DNA of 64,000 bases, taken from NCBI RefSeq assembly GCF_009914755.1, contig NC_060926.1; one strand, written 5' to 3'. The notes beneath the pieces are model-generated. The model did not search any database and was not told the DNA's origin. It saw nothing but the letters and a program-made list of their open reading frames with translations. A program made the position numbers and the translations under genes. Shown piece after piece: positions 1 through 15,193 of the stretch; positions within the stretch are counted from its first letter, which is position 1, and each line of letters opens with the position of its first letter. The stretch comes from the human T2T-CHM13v2.0 reference genome, Homo sapiens.

Positions 1-45
1 AGTCTTGGGTATGTCCTTATAGCAGCGTGAGAATGGACTAATACA
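1..45. mobile_element. end of MaLR LTR (THE1/MST-type)
   Basis: cttgggtatgtccttatagcagcgtgagaatggactaataca resembles the THE1/MST LTR terminus; truncated by the window edge. Confidence 0.6.
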
Positions 46-170
46 GGGGTACATGTGCTATTTTGATACATGCATACAATGTGTAGTGATCAAATCAGGG
101 TAATTAGGATATCTAACACCTCACACATTTATCATTTCTTTGTGTTGGGAACATTCCAAATTCTCTTAGC
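46..170 (-). mobile_element. L1MA-type 3' end fragment
   Basis: ggggtacatgtg...tgatcaaatcagggtaattaggatatc resembles an antisense L1M 3' UTR. Confidence 0.55.
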
Positions 171-199
171 TTTAAAACCTAGAGTGTCCCAGGGCTCAA

Positions 200-1188
200 A
201 CATCAGATACCTTCTCTATTCGATTTTATCCAGACTCAGAACTTTAGCATTTATCTATAGAAGACTCACACATTTACATCTCCAGCCTAGATCTTTTTCT
301 TGAACCTCAGATTTATATATTAAATTATCTATTTTATATCTACACTTGGAGAACATCTCCTAACTGGTCTCCTTGCTTTCAACTCATGCCCCTTTATAGT
401 TTATTCTCTACAAAGCACACCCAGTCAATGCTATTGAGTATAGATTCATAGACTGTACACTGCACAAAGGTTCCTGGCTGGGAGGGAAGAAGAGGGAGGA
501 AGGGACAGCAAAATCCGGTCCATGTTCTGCTGGCTAAGCCATGATCCTGGTGTGGGGCTATAACTGTCCAAAGGAAGGAGCACCATTTTCTAATTCACAT
601 AAAGGCATACACTGAATAGAAACAACTCTGGCCAGACTGACTGATAATATCACACACCCTTGCCTCAAACCCTCCAAAGGCCTTCTGTCTTACTTCATGT
701 AAAAGCCAAAGTCCTAATAATGGCCCATGAAGTCCTATACAGTCTGGCCTTTCTGATCTAATTGCCTACCACTTGCCTTCTTGCCCACTCATTCTAGCCA
801 CATGGTTCTTTGCTATTTCCTAAACCTTCCAAGCACATTCTTGCCTTAAGAAATTGCTCTTCCCTCTGCCTTGAATGCTGTACTCAGAACTTCACAGCTT
901 ATTCCTTTACTTACTTCTTGCCTCTCTTCACGTGATACCTTATTAGGGGGGCTTTCTACATAAATTAACAATTCTATTTTGGTATTTTATATCCCTGTTA
1001 CACTCCTTTATTTCTCTCCATAGCATGCGGCACCTGGTAATGTTATACATTTGTTTATGGTTTTTCTATCTCAAATCCCATTCTATCTAGATAAGGACAA
1101 TATTTTACTCCCTGCTGCAATTCCAAGTCCCTAAAACAGTGCCTGGTGCATGGTAGGCATTCAGTAAATACTTACCAAATGAATGAAC
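200..1188 (+). mobile_element. degenerate L2 LINE
   Basis: L2-like body ending in gtgcctggtgcatggtaggcattcagtaaata...aatgaatgaa, the typical L2 3' end. Confidence 0.5.
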
Positions 1189-1267
1189 ATCTACGGACTC
1201 CAAGAACCTATAATGTCCATGTTTTGAAAAACTATGGAGCTGCAGCTAACTCAGAAGTTAGGTTCTT

Positions 1268-1375
1268 GGCTAGGCACAGTGGCTCACGCCTGTAATTCCA
1301 ACACTATGGGAGGCCAAGGCAGGAGAATCGCTTGAGCCCAGGAGTTCAAGACCAGCCTGGGCAACATAGAGAGAC
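1268..1375 (+). mobile_element. Alu monomer (FLAM-like)
   Basis: ggcacagtggctcacgcctgtaat...gagttcaagaccagcctgggcaacatag. Confidence 0.8.
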
Positions 1376-1384
1376 TATGCTGCT

Positions 1385-1813
1385 TGCTATTTATAAAGTC
1401 TATAGTAGTGTACAGTAATATCCCTAGGCCTTCACATTCACTCACCACTTCCTCACTGACTCACCCAGAGCAAAATCCAGTCCTGCAACTTCCATTCACG
1501 GTAAGTGCCCTACATAGGTATCATTTTTAATCTCTTATACTCTATTTTTACTATACCTTTTCTACAACTAGACATGTTTAGATACACAAATACTTACCAT
1601 TGTGTTATAATTGCTTAGAGTATTCAGTACAGCAACATGCTGTATAGATTTGTAGTCTAGGAGCAATTGGCTACATCATACAGCCTAGGTGTGTTGTAGG
1701 TTGTACCATCTGGGGTTGTGTAAGTACATTCTATGATGTTTGCACAACAATGAAATTGCCTAACAATGCATTTTTCAGAACACATCTCTGTCACTAAGTG
1801 ATGCCTAATTGTA
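1385..1813. mobile_element. Tigger3/MER7-like DNA transposon fragment
   Basis: ctaggccttcacattcactcaccact...cctaggtgtgttgtaggttgtaccatct matches my recollection of Tigger3. Confidence 0.65.
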
Positions 1814-1961
1814 GTTATACTGTATAACATGCAATAGCAAAACATTTACTTTTATTAAATACTCATTAGAATTACTAGAATTCCCATAATTTATTCATTA
1901 GTTAAAAGTTGAACAGGAGAGAAACCTAGATAAGGCATCTGTTACTGGTCACCACATGTAA

Positions 1962-2346
<385 letters not shown>

Positions 2347-2670
2347 ATGTTCAATGTTAACATCATCATTTTAACATCAGTCTATGATGCATAAGGAATA
2401 CTTAAAATAATTTTCATCACACTATTTCTGTATTTACTTTCCTAGTAACACTGGGTATAATAGCAGTATTACACTCAATTCACAGTGTCATGCAACCTAC
2501 ATACACACAAAAGCTGTTATTTCCCATCATGTCTTCAGAAAAGGGTTACAAAGAGGAAGACAATTTGACCAGAATTACTCGACTTTTTTTCCATTCTCAG
2601 CCATCTGTTGTCCCATACATTAGGGGTTGATACCATTTCCATATTTAAACATTCAAAGAGTTATAATGAC

Positions 2671-2894
2671 CTGGAAGGGCGCCTTGATTCACTGAAGATA
2701 CAAAAGTCATCTCCATCATCCCATATTCTACTGGAGGCCTTTCTGTTGCCGCCACCTCCACCACCACCACCACCGCCACCGCCACCACTCCCATGAGATT
2801 TACTGGCGTGACTCCTGCCTCCTCTTCCTCCTCTAGAAGACCCTTTTCCACCTCCTTTGCCTGGCTTGCCTTTTCTTCTTACTGAAGAACTCAT
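2671..2894 (-). CDS. DHX57: DHX57 first coding exon (exon 2, spans 2671-2900): Gly/Arg-rich N-terminus of DEAH-box RNA helicase 57
   Basis: Translates MSSSVRRKGKPGKGGGKGSSRGGRGGRSHASKSHGS-G13-NRKASSRIWDDGDDFCIFSESRRPS(R), the DHX57 N-terminus. Acceptor tttctcttgcag|GTGAAAATG at 2901; donor CCAG|gtcatt at 2670; 224 coding nt, phase 2. The gene continues past the left edge. Confidence 0.95.
2748..2786 (-). repeat. (GGN)13 coding repeat, poly-glycine
   Basis: 13 consecutive GGT/GGC/GGA codons. Confidence 0.95.
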
Positions 2895-3291
2895 TTTCAC
2901 CTGCAAGAGAAAAAAATTAATGTAGACATCATAAAACCAGACATGTATGATAATCCTTTGTTTGCCAAACTTATGAATATAGGCTACTTTAAAGAAACAA
3001 AGGAAAATGCATATGTAAAAAGAGCTGGTCTTGGGGCAGGATTCTGAATCTGTTCCAGTGAAAAAATTTTAAAACTACAAAATAAAAAGAGCCAGCCAGT
3101 TTAGGGATAGTATGGATAAATCTTCACAAAAGATTTATAAGCACTTCTACCTCAGGACTAATATTTAGTGAATGTCTCTGATACAGATTTCTAAACTAAA
3201 GATGTACATCATAAACACATGGAGAAGTGTCAAAATACACATGTCTAGGCTTTAATCCTAGATTCTCATTTGGTTAGGTCTAATTTAGAGT

Positions 3292-3590
<299 letters not shown>

Positions 3591-5086
3591 TAGCATAGGA
3601 TTTTAAAAATCCAGTTGAGAAGTTTTCATGTATTTAATATATGTTTTGACAAAATTTAAATTTATATATGCTCTATCAGGAACACAGCTTGGGCTCAGAG
3701 ATTCTGCCAAGGGCAAAAGGGAAGTAGGCCGTAAGACAGATAGCTCCTAATCTTTTTCCAAAGGACTGACTCCATTTACAATGGAGTGTGGAGAAGTTCA
3801 AACCTAAAGGTGCTTTCAAGAATAGTGAGGTTGTGGGGAAAGGGAGATTACAGGATTAAATGAAGATGTAGTTTAGACTGTTGGCCAACTAGTTTGCAGG
3901 AAGCAAACCAAGGAATAAGATCACTAGGAAGTTCCTTTTTGGGATTAGAATGAGTATTAAACTGGGATCTCAGAAACTATTGCTTCAAAGAAGCCATACT
4001 TTGGTTGGATTAGTTTGTAAAGGAATTTACTCTCCAGAGCATTGTTGAAAACAATTCAGCAATCAACCATGGGCATACCCAAAGCTGTACCTCCCAGAGG
4101 AGCAACAACAGAGGCTTAAAATCGTAGGAGGGAAATAGACTTCACTAAAATATTCTAGCCAGTCACTAAAAATTAAACCAGCAAATAACAATAAGAAGCC
4201 CCTGAAAGGGGAGAATCAGAACCCAGAGTTGTTACAGTATGTTATCCAAAATGTTCAGTTAACAACAAAAAAGTCACAAGGCATGCAAAGAAACACTTAA
4301 GTATAACCCATACACTGGAGAGAAAAAGCACAAACTGCCTATGAGTGAGAACAGATGTCAGATTTAACAGAAAAGGAGTTCAAAATAGTCATTATAAGTA
4401 TGTCCACAGAAATAAAGGAATGCACAATTAAAGCAGTAAAGGAAGGTATGATGACAATGTCATATCAAATTGAGAACATCAATAAAGAGATAAAAAATTA
4501 TATATATAAAAAGAACCAAATGGGAATTCTGGAGTTGAAAAGTATACTAATTGAAATTAAAAATTCACTAGAGAAGCTCAACCATAAACATGAACTAGCA
4601 AGAGAAAGAACTGATGAACTTGAAGACAGACTGACATTGATTATGCAAGCTGAAAACAGAGAGAACGATAAATGAAGAAAAGTGAACAGAGCCTTGGAAA
4701 AATGTGGGACACCATCAAGGGTACCATATACATATAATGAGAATACCAGAAGGAAAGGAAAGAAAGAAAAGAGCAGAAAAAATATTCAAAGAAATAATGG
4801 TAGAAAACTTCTCTGATTCATTAAAAATCAATAACCTCTACATGCAGGAAGCTCAATGGCCTCCAACTATTAGAAAATAAACACAGAGATGCACAAAATA
4901 GACATGTTGCAATAAAAATGTTGAAGGTCAAAAGACAAAGAGAAAATCATGAAAGGAGTAAGAGAAAAACAACTTATCACTTACAGGGGGGAACCCCAAT
5001 AAAATTAATGACTGATTTCTTCACAGAAACAATGGAGGGCAGAAGGTAATGACATATATATTTAAAATACTCAAAGAAAAAAATAG

Positions 5087-5513
<427 letters not shown>

Positions 5514-5982
5514 TCACAAGAAATACTAACAGTTCTTCAAGTTGAGGCAAGTATCCCTGGATGGTAATTTAAATCTACATGAAAAAACAAAGAGTACTAG
5601 TAAAGGTAATTGAGTAATTATTTTTAAAAATCCACATTTATATTGGACATTTATTTATTTGAAAACCAGTACAAAAGTATTGTCTCTTCTTTTCTCTGAA
5701 ATGACTTAAAAAGCAGTTATATAAAATAATATGTATATGATATAATGTTGGGCATGTCACCTACAAGAAGGTAATATGTATGTAATATATTTGCCAATAA
5801 CAGCACAAAGAAGATTGGTGGGAGCGTAATTGTGCTGTGCTGAGAAAATGACTACAGACAGTAAAGTAATACTTGTAACAAGTATAGTTGGGTATATAAC
5901 ATTAATAGATATAATATGTATAACAATACTATAAAAAGGAGGAAAGGAATAGAGCTATATAAAAGTAATACTTCTATGTATC

Positions 5983-6673
5983 TGTCTTAGTCTGTTTTCT
6001 GCTATAACAGAATGCCACAGACTAGGTAATTTATAAACAACAGAAGTTTATTTGTCTCATGGTAATGGAGGCTGGGAAGTCCAAGAGCATGATGCTGGCA
6101 TCTGCGTAGTATCATCTCATGGTGGAAGATGGAAGGCAGAAGTGGGCACGATACAGAGAGAGGTACCAGCTGCCAGACTTATTTTATAATAACTCATTCT
6201 TTTTTTTTTTTTTTTGAGACAGTCTCACTCTGTTGCCCCAGCTGGAGTGCAGTAGCGTGGTCTCAGCTTACTGCAAGGTCTGCCTCCCTGGTTCATGCCA
6301 TTCTTCCACCTCAGCCTCTGGAGTAGCCGGGACTACAGGTGACCGCCGCCGGCTAAGTTTTTGTTTTTTTGTATTTTTAGTAGAGACAGGGTTTCACCAT
6401 GTTAGCCAGGATGGTCTCGATCTCTTGACCTTGTGATCCGCCTGCCTCGGCCTCCCAAAGTGCTGGGATTACAGGCGTGAGCCACCGCGCCCGGCCTAAT
6501 AACTCATTCTTGCTATAACTAACCCACTCCCATGCTAGTGACATTAAACCATTAATAAGGGCTCTGCCCTCATGATCGAATTACCTGTTATTAGGCCCCA
6601 TCTCCTAACACTGTTGCATTGGAAATTAAATGTCTAATACATGAACTTTGGGGGTAAACATTCAAACCATAGC
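5983..6673. mobile_element. MST/MLT1A-type MaLR LTR, split by an Alu
   Basis: tgtcttagtctgttttctgctataacagaatgccacagactaggtaatttataaac ... cattcaaaccatagca. Confidence 0.75.
6200..6496 (-). mobile_element. AluY-like
   Basis: antisense Alu; TSD taataactcattctt. Confidence 0.9.
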
Positions 6674-7465
6674 AATATTGCTGGAATTAAGCTAATATAA
6701 ATCTGAAGTTGTTCATAAACCCCAAAGCAATCACAAAAATACTACATTAGAAAATATTCACTTAATGACTAAATGCAAATGAAAGCATAAAGTAAGAACA
6801 GAAGAAAAAATAGACATTGAGAAATACAGACATCCAAAAGTAGAATAGAGTTAGATGTAATTCTCAGTATATAGACAATAAAAATAAATGTGAGAGAATA
6901 AAGCAGTCCAATCAAAAGACAGAGATTGTCAGACTTGATTAACAAACAGGATCCAAATATATTCTGTCTGCAGGAGAGGCACTTTAAATTCAAAGACACA
7001 ATAAATGAAAAGTAAAAGGATGGAAAAAGATGATCTTGCAAACAGCAACTACAAGAAAGGTGGAGTGGCTATGTTAATAGCTTACAAAACAGACTTTAAA
7101 GCAAAAAATATTACTAGAGATAGGGATATTTCTTAATGATAAAAGGGTTAATCTGCCAGGAAATGATAACAATTAAAAACACATATGTACCTAATAATAA
7201 GGCACCAAAATACACAAAGCAACAACTGACAGAAATGAAGGGAGAATTAGACAATTCAATAATAGTAGTAGGAGACTACAGTACCTCACTTTTAATGGTA
7301 GAACAACTAGACAGAGGATCAACAAGGAAATAAAAGACTTGAACAACACTCTAACCAACTAGACCTAATAGGTGTCTATAGAACACTCCACCCAACAACA
7401 AACTATACATACTTCTGAAGTACACATGAAACATTTTCCAGGATATAGACCATACTAGGTGATAA

Positions 7466-7779
<314 letters not shown>

Positions 7780-8413
7780 ATAAACCTCAATAAATGTAAA
7801 AAGAAAGAAATAATATGAACTATGTTCTCCAACCAAAATGGAATTAGAAATCAAAAGCTAGAAAAAATTTGGGAAACTCACAAATATGTGTATATTAAAC
7901 TAGGTCTTCCTAGGTATTCCTTTCTTCAAAATTGCTGATGATTATACATATGTATTCAGAGTTTATCTTAAGTTTGTCTCTCCTTTCTACTCCCAGAAAG
8001 CTCTTTGAAAACAAGACTATGTCTATTTTGATTACCACTGTACCCTTAACACAGTGTCTAGCATATGGTAGGAATTCAGTATCTATTTGTGGAATGAATG
8101 ATTGAAAGTTGAAAAAATGACTTATGTGGGAATGGAGATTTGTTCATCTATTTATTCATTCCACAAATATTTATTGAGCACTTATTATGTGCCAGATCCT
8201 GGGGATATAACAGCAAAAAAGACAAAATTTCTGCTTCATGAAGCTTACCTTCTAGAGGGTAACACAGACATTAAACAAATAGATATATATTATAACTTAA
8301 GTGCTATCAAGGAAAAAAAACCCCTGAGGCAGTTATTTTAGATAGAGTGGTTGGGTAAGGCCTCTTTGAGATTTTAAAGGACATCCGGAAGAAATTGACA
8401 GAATGAGCCATGA

Positions 8414-9195
<782 letters not shown>

Positions 9196-10272
9196 GAAAT
9201 ACTGTATTTTCAATCTGTGTTGGGTTGGGAAAAATCCACCTGTAAGTGGAGCCGGGTAGTTCATACCCATGTTGTTCAAACGTCAACTTTACTCACAAAA
9301 ATGTAGAGTCATTAAAATCTTAACAGGCAAGAAAAATAACAGGTCAAACTGAATTCTGTAAGGTTGTGCACCAATAATTACCTATTATTTCTAAAATTTA
9401 GGGAAATGAAATAACAAATCAGTTAGATTAGAACTTCATCTCAAAAACCATGCAGCCCAGGTAAATTTGTGTACTGAGAAACATTAGGAAAAAGCAAGAG
9501 GATACTTACGCTGAATCAAAACAAGTTGTCTCACACCAACCCAGAAAATGTTACTTTTACAACTAGATCTGAGATATGCGCTTAACATTTTAAACGAAGA
9601 TTTACTGACTGTAATGGTGTCCAATACCACTCTCCCAGAGTTTTCAAGGGAATAGGAATTAGGTTGTATAATCCACGTGGTTAGATTCCACTATCTATTC
9701 CATCTAGCCCGGGAAGACTCCAACTATCTTTCTTCACCATGGATACAGGGACCTAAGTTTGGCTGTAAGAGTATTCTTTGTTTGATAGCCAAGGCACTGA
9801 AAAGTGACTACACACTACTCTCCTCCCAGGCAGATCTCTGACTGATCACAATATATCCAGCTCCATCCAGACATCCAGATCTCGTATCCTTTTTCGAACT
9901 CACATCGTCCCCACCCTTCTCCCCAAAAAAGCCACACAGACGGAGTCAGAGAACGGAGCCTGATCCCTTCAATCAACCCCTTAGCCTGCTCCAAGACTGA
10001 ATTTCACGCCCCGCCCCCCCCGGCCCCAACCTGCAGTTTGAGCGTGGACAACCTCAGCGGCAGAGCCCGCCTTGGTTCGGTATCAGGGCCTGGGATCCTG
10101 CTGGTCCAGATTCACCGGCCCCAGGCAGACTGGATGAAACACACTGGGCCGCGATGCTCGTCAGATCCCGACCACTCCTGGAGCAGGAGGCGGCAGACAC
10201 ACTGACAAACAGGGTGACGCGCACACCGTGCGCACAACGCGCATCACTTGTCCGCAGAAGTGGAAGACGTAC

Positions 10273-10375
10273 CTGGCTCGCAGAGTTGGGTCCCGAGCCG
10301 GCTGTCGGGAGGTGCTGCCCAAGGGTCAGAGGTCCAAACTGGACTTGGCCACCCTCACGATTCTCACTTGGAGCA
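10273..10375 (-). other. DHX57: DHX57 non-coding exon 1 (TSS approximate)
   Basis: donor GCCAG|gtacgt at 10272 inside the CpG island, pointing toward the exon 2 acceptor. Confidence 0.75.
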
Positions 10376-10538
10376 GCCCTGCGGTGGCCCAGCTGCAGCG
10401 GCACAGTCCCGGCGCCTTCTGATTGGCTCAGCTACAGCCCCTCGCGTATTCGCTTCCGGGTGAGAGGTGCCCGGTCGCCCCAGCAACCAAGTCGCACCTG
10501 GAGCTGTCCTAGCGCCTAGTTCTCTCCCGGCCGCAGAG

Positions 10539-10596
10539 CTGGCCGCCCAGGGGGAGTCGCAGAGTTTGGAAGATCTCTCTAACACCTCTCGGCCAA
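10539..10596 (+). CDS. MORN2: MORN2 exon 1 coding part, proposed CUG start (exon begins near 10460)
   Basis: gagCTGg in strong Kozak context; encodes (M)AAQGESQSLEDLSNTSRP(T); donor CAA|gtgagt; phase 1 matches exon 2. Confidence 0.7.
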
Positions 10597-11601
10597 GTGA
10601 GTGTCCCTCCTCCTAACGACCCGGGCAGAGAAGAGCTCCTTTAAGTCGAACTAGCGTGGAGTCAGAACCTGCTTGGCTCCCGGTAACTCCTGTGGGGGTG
10701 TGATATATTTCCTGACCGTCTAGCCGAGGGGCACGGGGGAACCCCTGGTCTGGGAATCTAGCTCTGATTCTGTTGTTAATTCGCTGTTGAGACACCCGAG
10801 GCGCGTGCCAACCTCCCTGGGCCTCAGTTTCCGCTATGGTGCCGGGTGGTCTCTGTGAGGTTCCCTCTAGCTCTGACGTTCCCAAGTTTCGAATGTAGAA
10901 CATTTTAGCGGCAATTGAAAACAGTCTAGTTTCTGATATGATTACGTTTAATGCTCTGCTTCATAGGCACTTAACGATTCCTTCCGAAGTGCCCTTCATT
11001 CACTAGACGTTCTGTTACTATTAGTACTAAACACGGAGTCGGACAGTGGGGTGAGAAGAGATTTGACTAATCTGCCATCCGTGTCCTGGAGGAACTGGGT
11101 GGGATAGGGGATCCCGATACAAAAGCATGGTTTTAATAGAACCTTAAGTACTACAGTAGGAATAGGCCCAGAGTGCCGTGGGGGTTCCTGAAGGAGTCTG
11201 AGGTTGACAAGTAATGAGAAGAAAGGCTTTGTGGGAGAGCTCATACCTGAGCTGGGGCTACAAGAATACAATAGCTAATATTTACAGAGTTTAGACACTG
11301 GGCTAAGTGCTTTAACTAGATTAGCTCATTTACTTGATTTGCCCCATCTAAGGATGAGGAAACTGAGGCATAAGATAATTATTTGTCCAAGGTCAGAGAA
11401 AATGGTGGAGTCTGGATGCAAAGGTAGGTAGTCCGATGCCAGAGCATGAACCCCTAACTACTACACTCTATTTTGCCAACTCTTGAGGATGAATAGCAGT
11501 TAACCAGGTAAAGAAGAGAAGGGTGTTCCACCCAGAGTACGGCATGGCATCTGTGGGAAACTACAAGCAGATCTGGTAATCTAGTTAGTTATCATTAGTT
11601 A

Positions 11602-11814
<213 letters not shown>

Positions 11815-12090
11815 AGAAAGTAGCTCTGTGTCCCTGCTCTCTTGGAATTTCACATCTTGCAGACATGTAAATAACTAATTAATGAGCACACATGGCAATT
11901 TCTATATACCACCATACTTCACCCTTTATCCACAACCAAATCTTAGAAATTATGGGGAAAAAATAAGCAAACATAACTAAATTCAGATTTTTCTAAGATT
12001 TAGTGTTAATTAGTGTCTATATTTAACCCCTAAACGAGATCAGAATTCTAGCAAGATTGCTCTCTATCCTCCACACCATTTCCATATTGA

Positions 12091-12570
<480 letters not shown>

Positions 12571-13719
12571 TAATTCATCCTACCAGCGTGCCTGCCAGTT
12601 TCCATGATTTTTAGATTGATAGTTTCGTTGGATGTAGAATATTAGGTTGAAAATAATTTTGTCTCGGAATTTTAAAGACATAGTGCCATTTTTTTTTAGA
12701 ATCCACTGTTGCTAATGTCAGTCCTTTGTAGTTTATTGTAGGTAATCTGGTTTTTGTTTGCTTGTTTTTAACTAGCCTAGCTGGCCTTTGGTCTTTATGT
12801 CATGAAATTGTACTGTAACCTGTCTAGGTGTGGGATTTTGCTTAGTTCCCATTTGTAGTCCAAGCAGTCATTTTCTTCAGTTCTGAGAAAAATTTGGCTA
12901 TTTATTCAAATATCCCTTATTCTTTCCCTCTGGAATTCTTATTAGACTGACAGTAGCCTTTTGGATCCACTTTCCATCATTTTAAAATTCTTTGTGCTAC
13001 TTTCTTTTTTTTTAATTAAAAAATTTTTTTTCCAGCCATCTCACTCACACTTTGTGCTACTTTCTAAGCACATTTTTCAACCTAATGTTCCAGTTCACTA
13101 ATTTGTTTTCAATTGTATCTATTCTGCTTTTCATCCCTTCTAAGAAGTTTTATTTCACCAATTATATTATTCATTTCCTGGATTGCTAATTGTTTTTTGT
13201 TTTTTGTAATCACCTGTTCCTATTTCAAGGATACTAATACTCTCCCTTTCTCTCTGAGGATGTTACAGTTTAAGTCCTCTACCTATTGTGTTAACTCTGT
13301 TTCCTCAGTGATGAGCCTCCAAGCCTTTCTCAAGTGGTACCTAAATTAATTTTTAAATTCCCTTGCCCCACCCGTAAAGACTGATTCAGTAGATGTGGGG
13401 TAGAGAGAAGAAACTTAGAAGCATCTCAGGTGATTCTGAAGGATGGGCCTGCATACCGTCTCTACATAAGTTTTCTTCAGTATCGGAAAATACAGTTTCT
13501 AGTTTTAGTCCAGTAAGTGTCCAGGGATCTGAGGCCCAGAGTCCCCCTCAGTCTTGCGGTCCTCTTTCTTCCTTTTTCACTTGGTCTCCATTCCAGTCTC
13601 ATTCTGTGTGGACCTACCAGCCCTTCCCCACTTGCTATCTTTATTTTCCATTTCTTCCTATTGCCAATTTAAAGATTCCTCACTCCACCTTACCTCTGTG
13701 GGACAATCAGTAAATCATA

Positions 13720-14330
13720 TGGGCTACCAAAGAGAAATAAAAACATATCCACACAAAAATCTGTACACCAATTTTTTTTTTACTCCTAGGAAGCTGTATG
13801 TTTTGAAAATGTACATCAGTGTTTATAGCAGTATTATTCATAATGGCCTCAAACTGGAAACAACCTACATGTCCATGAACTGATGAATGAATAAACAAAA
13901 TATGCTATTTCTGTACAACATATTTATACAATATACTTGGCTATAAAAAGGAATGAAGTACTGATACACGATGCAACATGGATGAGCCTTGGAAACATTA
14001 AGTGAAACGAGCCAGACATAAAGGACCACATATTATATGATTTCATTTATAAGAAATGTCCAGAATAGGCAAATCCCTGAGGCAGAAAGTAGATTAGTGG
14101 TTGCCAGGGGTTTGGGGTTGTGGGGTGAGGGGTGTTTGAGGGGAATCATAATGGGTAACTGCTAATGTGTACAGAGTTTCTTTCTGGGATGATTAAAATA
14201 TTCTAAAATTAGATTGTGATGATAGTTGCACAACTCTGAATATACTAAAAAAATCAAATTGTATTTTTTTAAAGGGTAGATTTTGTGGTGTGTGAATTAT
14301 ATATTAATAAAGCTATCATAATAAATAACT
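13720..14330 (+). mobile_element. L1MB/ME 3' end
   Basis: aaaaggaatgaagtactgatacacgatgcaacatggatgagccttggaaac ... aataaagct. Confidence 0.75.
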
Positions 14331-14498
14331 TTTAAAAGAGATCATCTAGGCAAAATTGTTTATTTCCCCGGGACCCTACATTAGACAATGGAAATACCAA
14401 GTAATCATGATATGATGTGATCTTGAGAAGTAAGTCCATTTGGATAGTGCTGAAAGCACATTGGGTATAGGTCTTATGACATAAGAATGTTTACACTT

Positions 14499-14628
14499 GG
14501 TTGGGTGTGGTGGCTCACATTTGCATCCCCAGCACTTTGGGAGGCTGAGGCGGGAGGATCGCTTGAGCCCAGGAGTTTGAGACTGGCCTGGGCAATGTAG
14601 TGAAACCTTGCCTCTATCGAAAAAAAAG
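14499..14628 (+). mobile_element. FLAM/Alu monomer
   Basis: Alu left-arm consensus with A tail. Confidence 0.8.
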
Positions 14629-14665
14629 TAAACTTATGTCACTGTTTTTAAATCTTTTAAAACAG

Positions 14666-14716
14666 CTTCAGAAGTGTATAAGATCAGCTTTATCTTTCCA
14701 AATGGAGACAAGTATG
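14666..14716 (+). CDS. MORN2: MORN2 exon 2
   Basis: aacag|CTTCA...TATG|gtaagt; 51 nt; SEVYKISFIFPNGDKY(D), MORN-like. Confidence 0.88.
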
Positions 14717-15086
14717 GTAAGTATACGCTTCAATTACTTTTTCTGTATAGAAAATTAAATAGCTTAGGAATAAAAAACTGAGACTGTTAAATTTTATAAA
14801 ACTACTATTAGGATATTAACTTTATTAACTAAAATAACAGAAATCCTAATAGATAAAGAGCTTTTAAAATCAAAATTCCAATGCCTTGGAAACCTATGGG
14901 ATCTGTCAATCTTCCTGGCCCTTGAGTCTCAATTGTTACAAGATGTTCTGTGTCCATGGATTTTCTCATCTCTGGTCTCACTGGTTTCAGTGCTAGGGAG
15001 CCAAAGAAACCCATGAGGTGTAGTTGCGATTAGGCCCAGACATAACTATTCTCATTTATAATCTTCAGTTTTTCTCCTCTGTTTAG

Positions 15087-15193
15087 ATGGTGACTGTACA
15101 AGAACATCTTCTGGAATCTACGAGAGAAATGGAATAGGTATTCATACCACTCCTAATGGGATTGTCTACACAGGAAGCTGGAAAGATGACAAG
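15087..15193 (+). CDS. MORN2: MORN2 exon 3
   Basis: tttag|ATGG...CAAG|gtatta; 107 nt; GDCTRTSSGIYERNGIGIHTTPNGIVYTGSWKDDK. Confidence 0.9.

Larger units (their letters stand above)
9950..10850. promoter_or_regulatory. CpG-island bidirectional promoter of DHX57 and MORN2
   Basis: GC/CpG-rich segment between divergent first exons. GC box near 10009-10020, CCAAT (ATTGG 10422-10426), ETS/GABP site CTTCCGG 10453-10459, X-box GTCGCCccAGCAAC 10474-10487. Confidence 0.9.

Noticed and set aside
2608-2851. Poly-Pro ORF (2608-2796, +) and poly-Val ORF (2645-2851, -)
   Set aside because: Antisense and shifted-frame shadows of the DHX57 Gly codon tract.
4355-4675. 106-aa coiled-coil ORF
   Set aside because: Decayed L1 ORF1 remnant, not a cellular gene.
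9504-9797. Possible extra DHX57 5' UTR exon (strong minus-strand GTAAGT donor at 9509)
   Set aside because: No convincing acceptor; cannot be supported without transcript data.
10054-10903. Several overlapping ORFs of 60-120 aa in the CpG island
   Set aside because: Expected in GC-rich, stop-poor promoter DNA; no recognisable domains.
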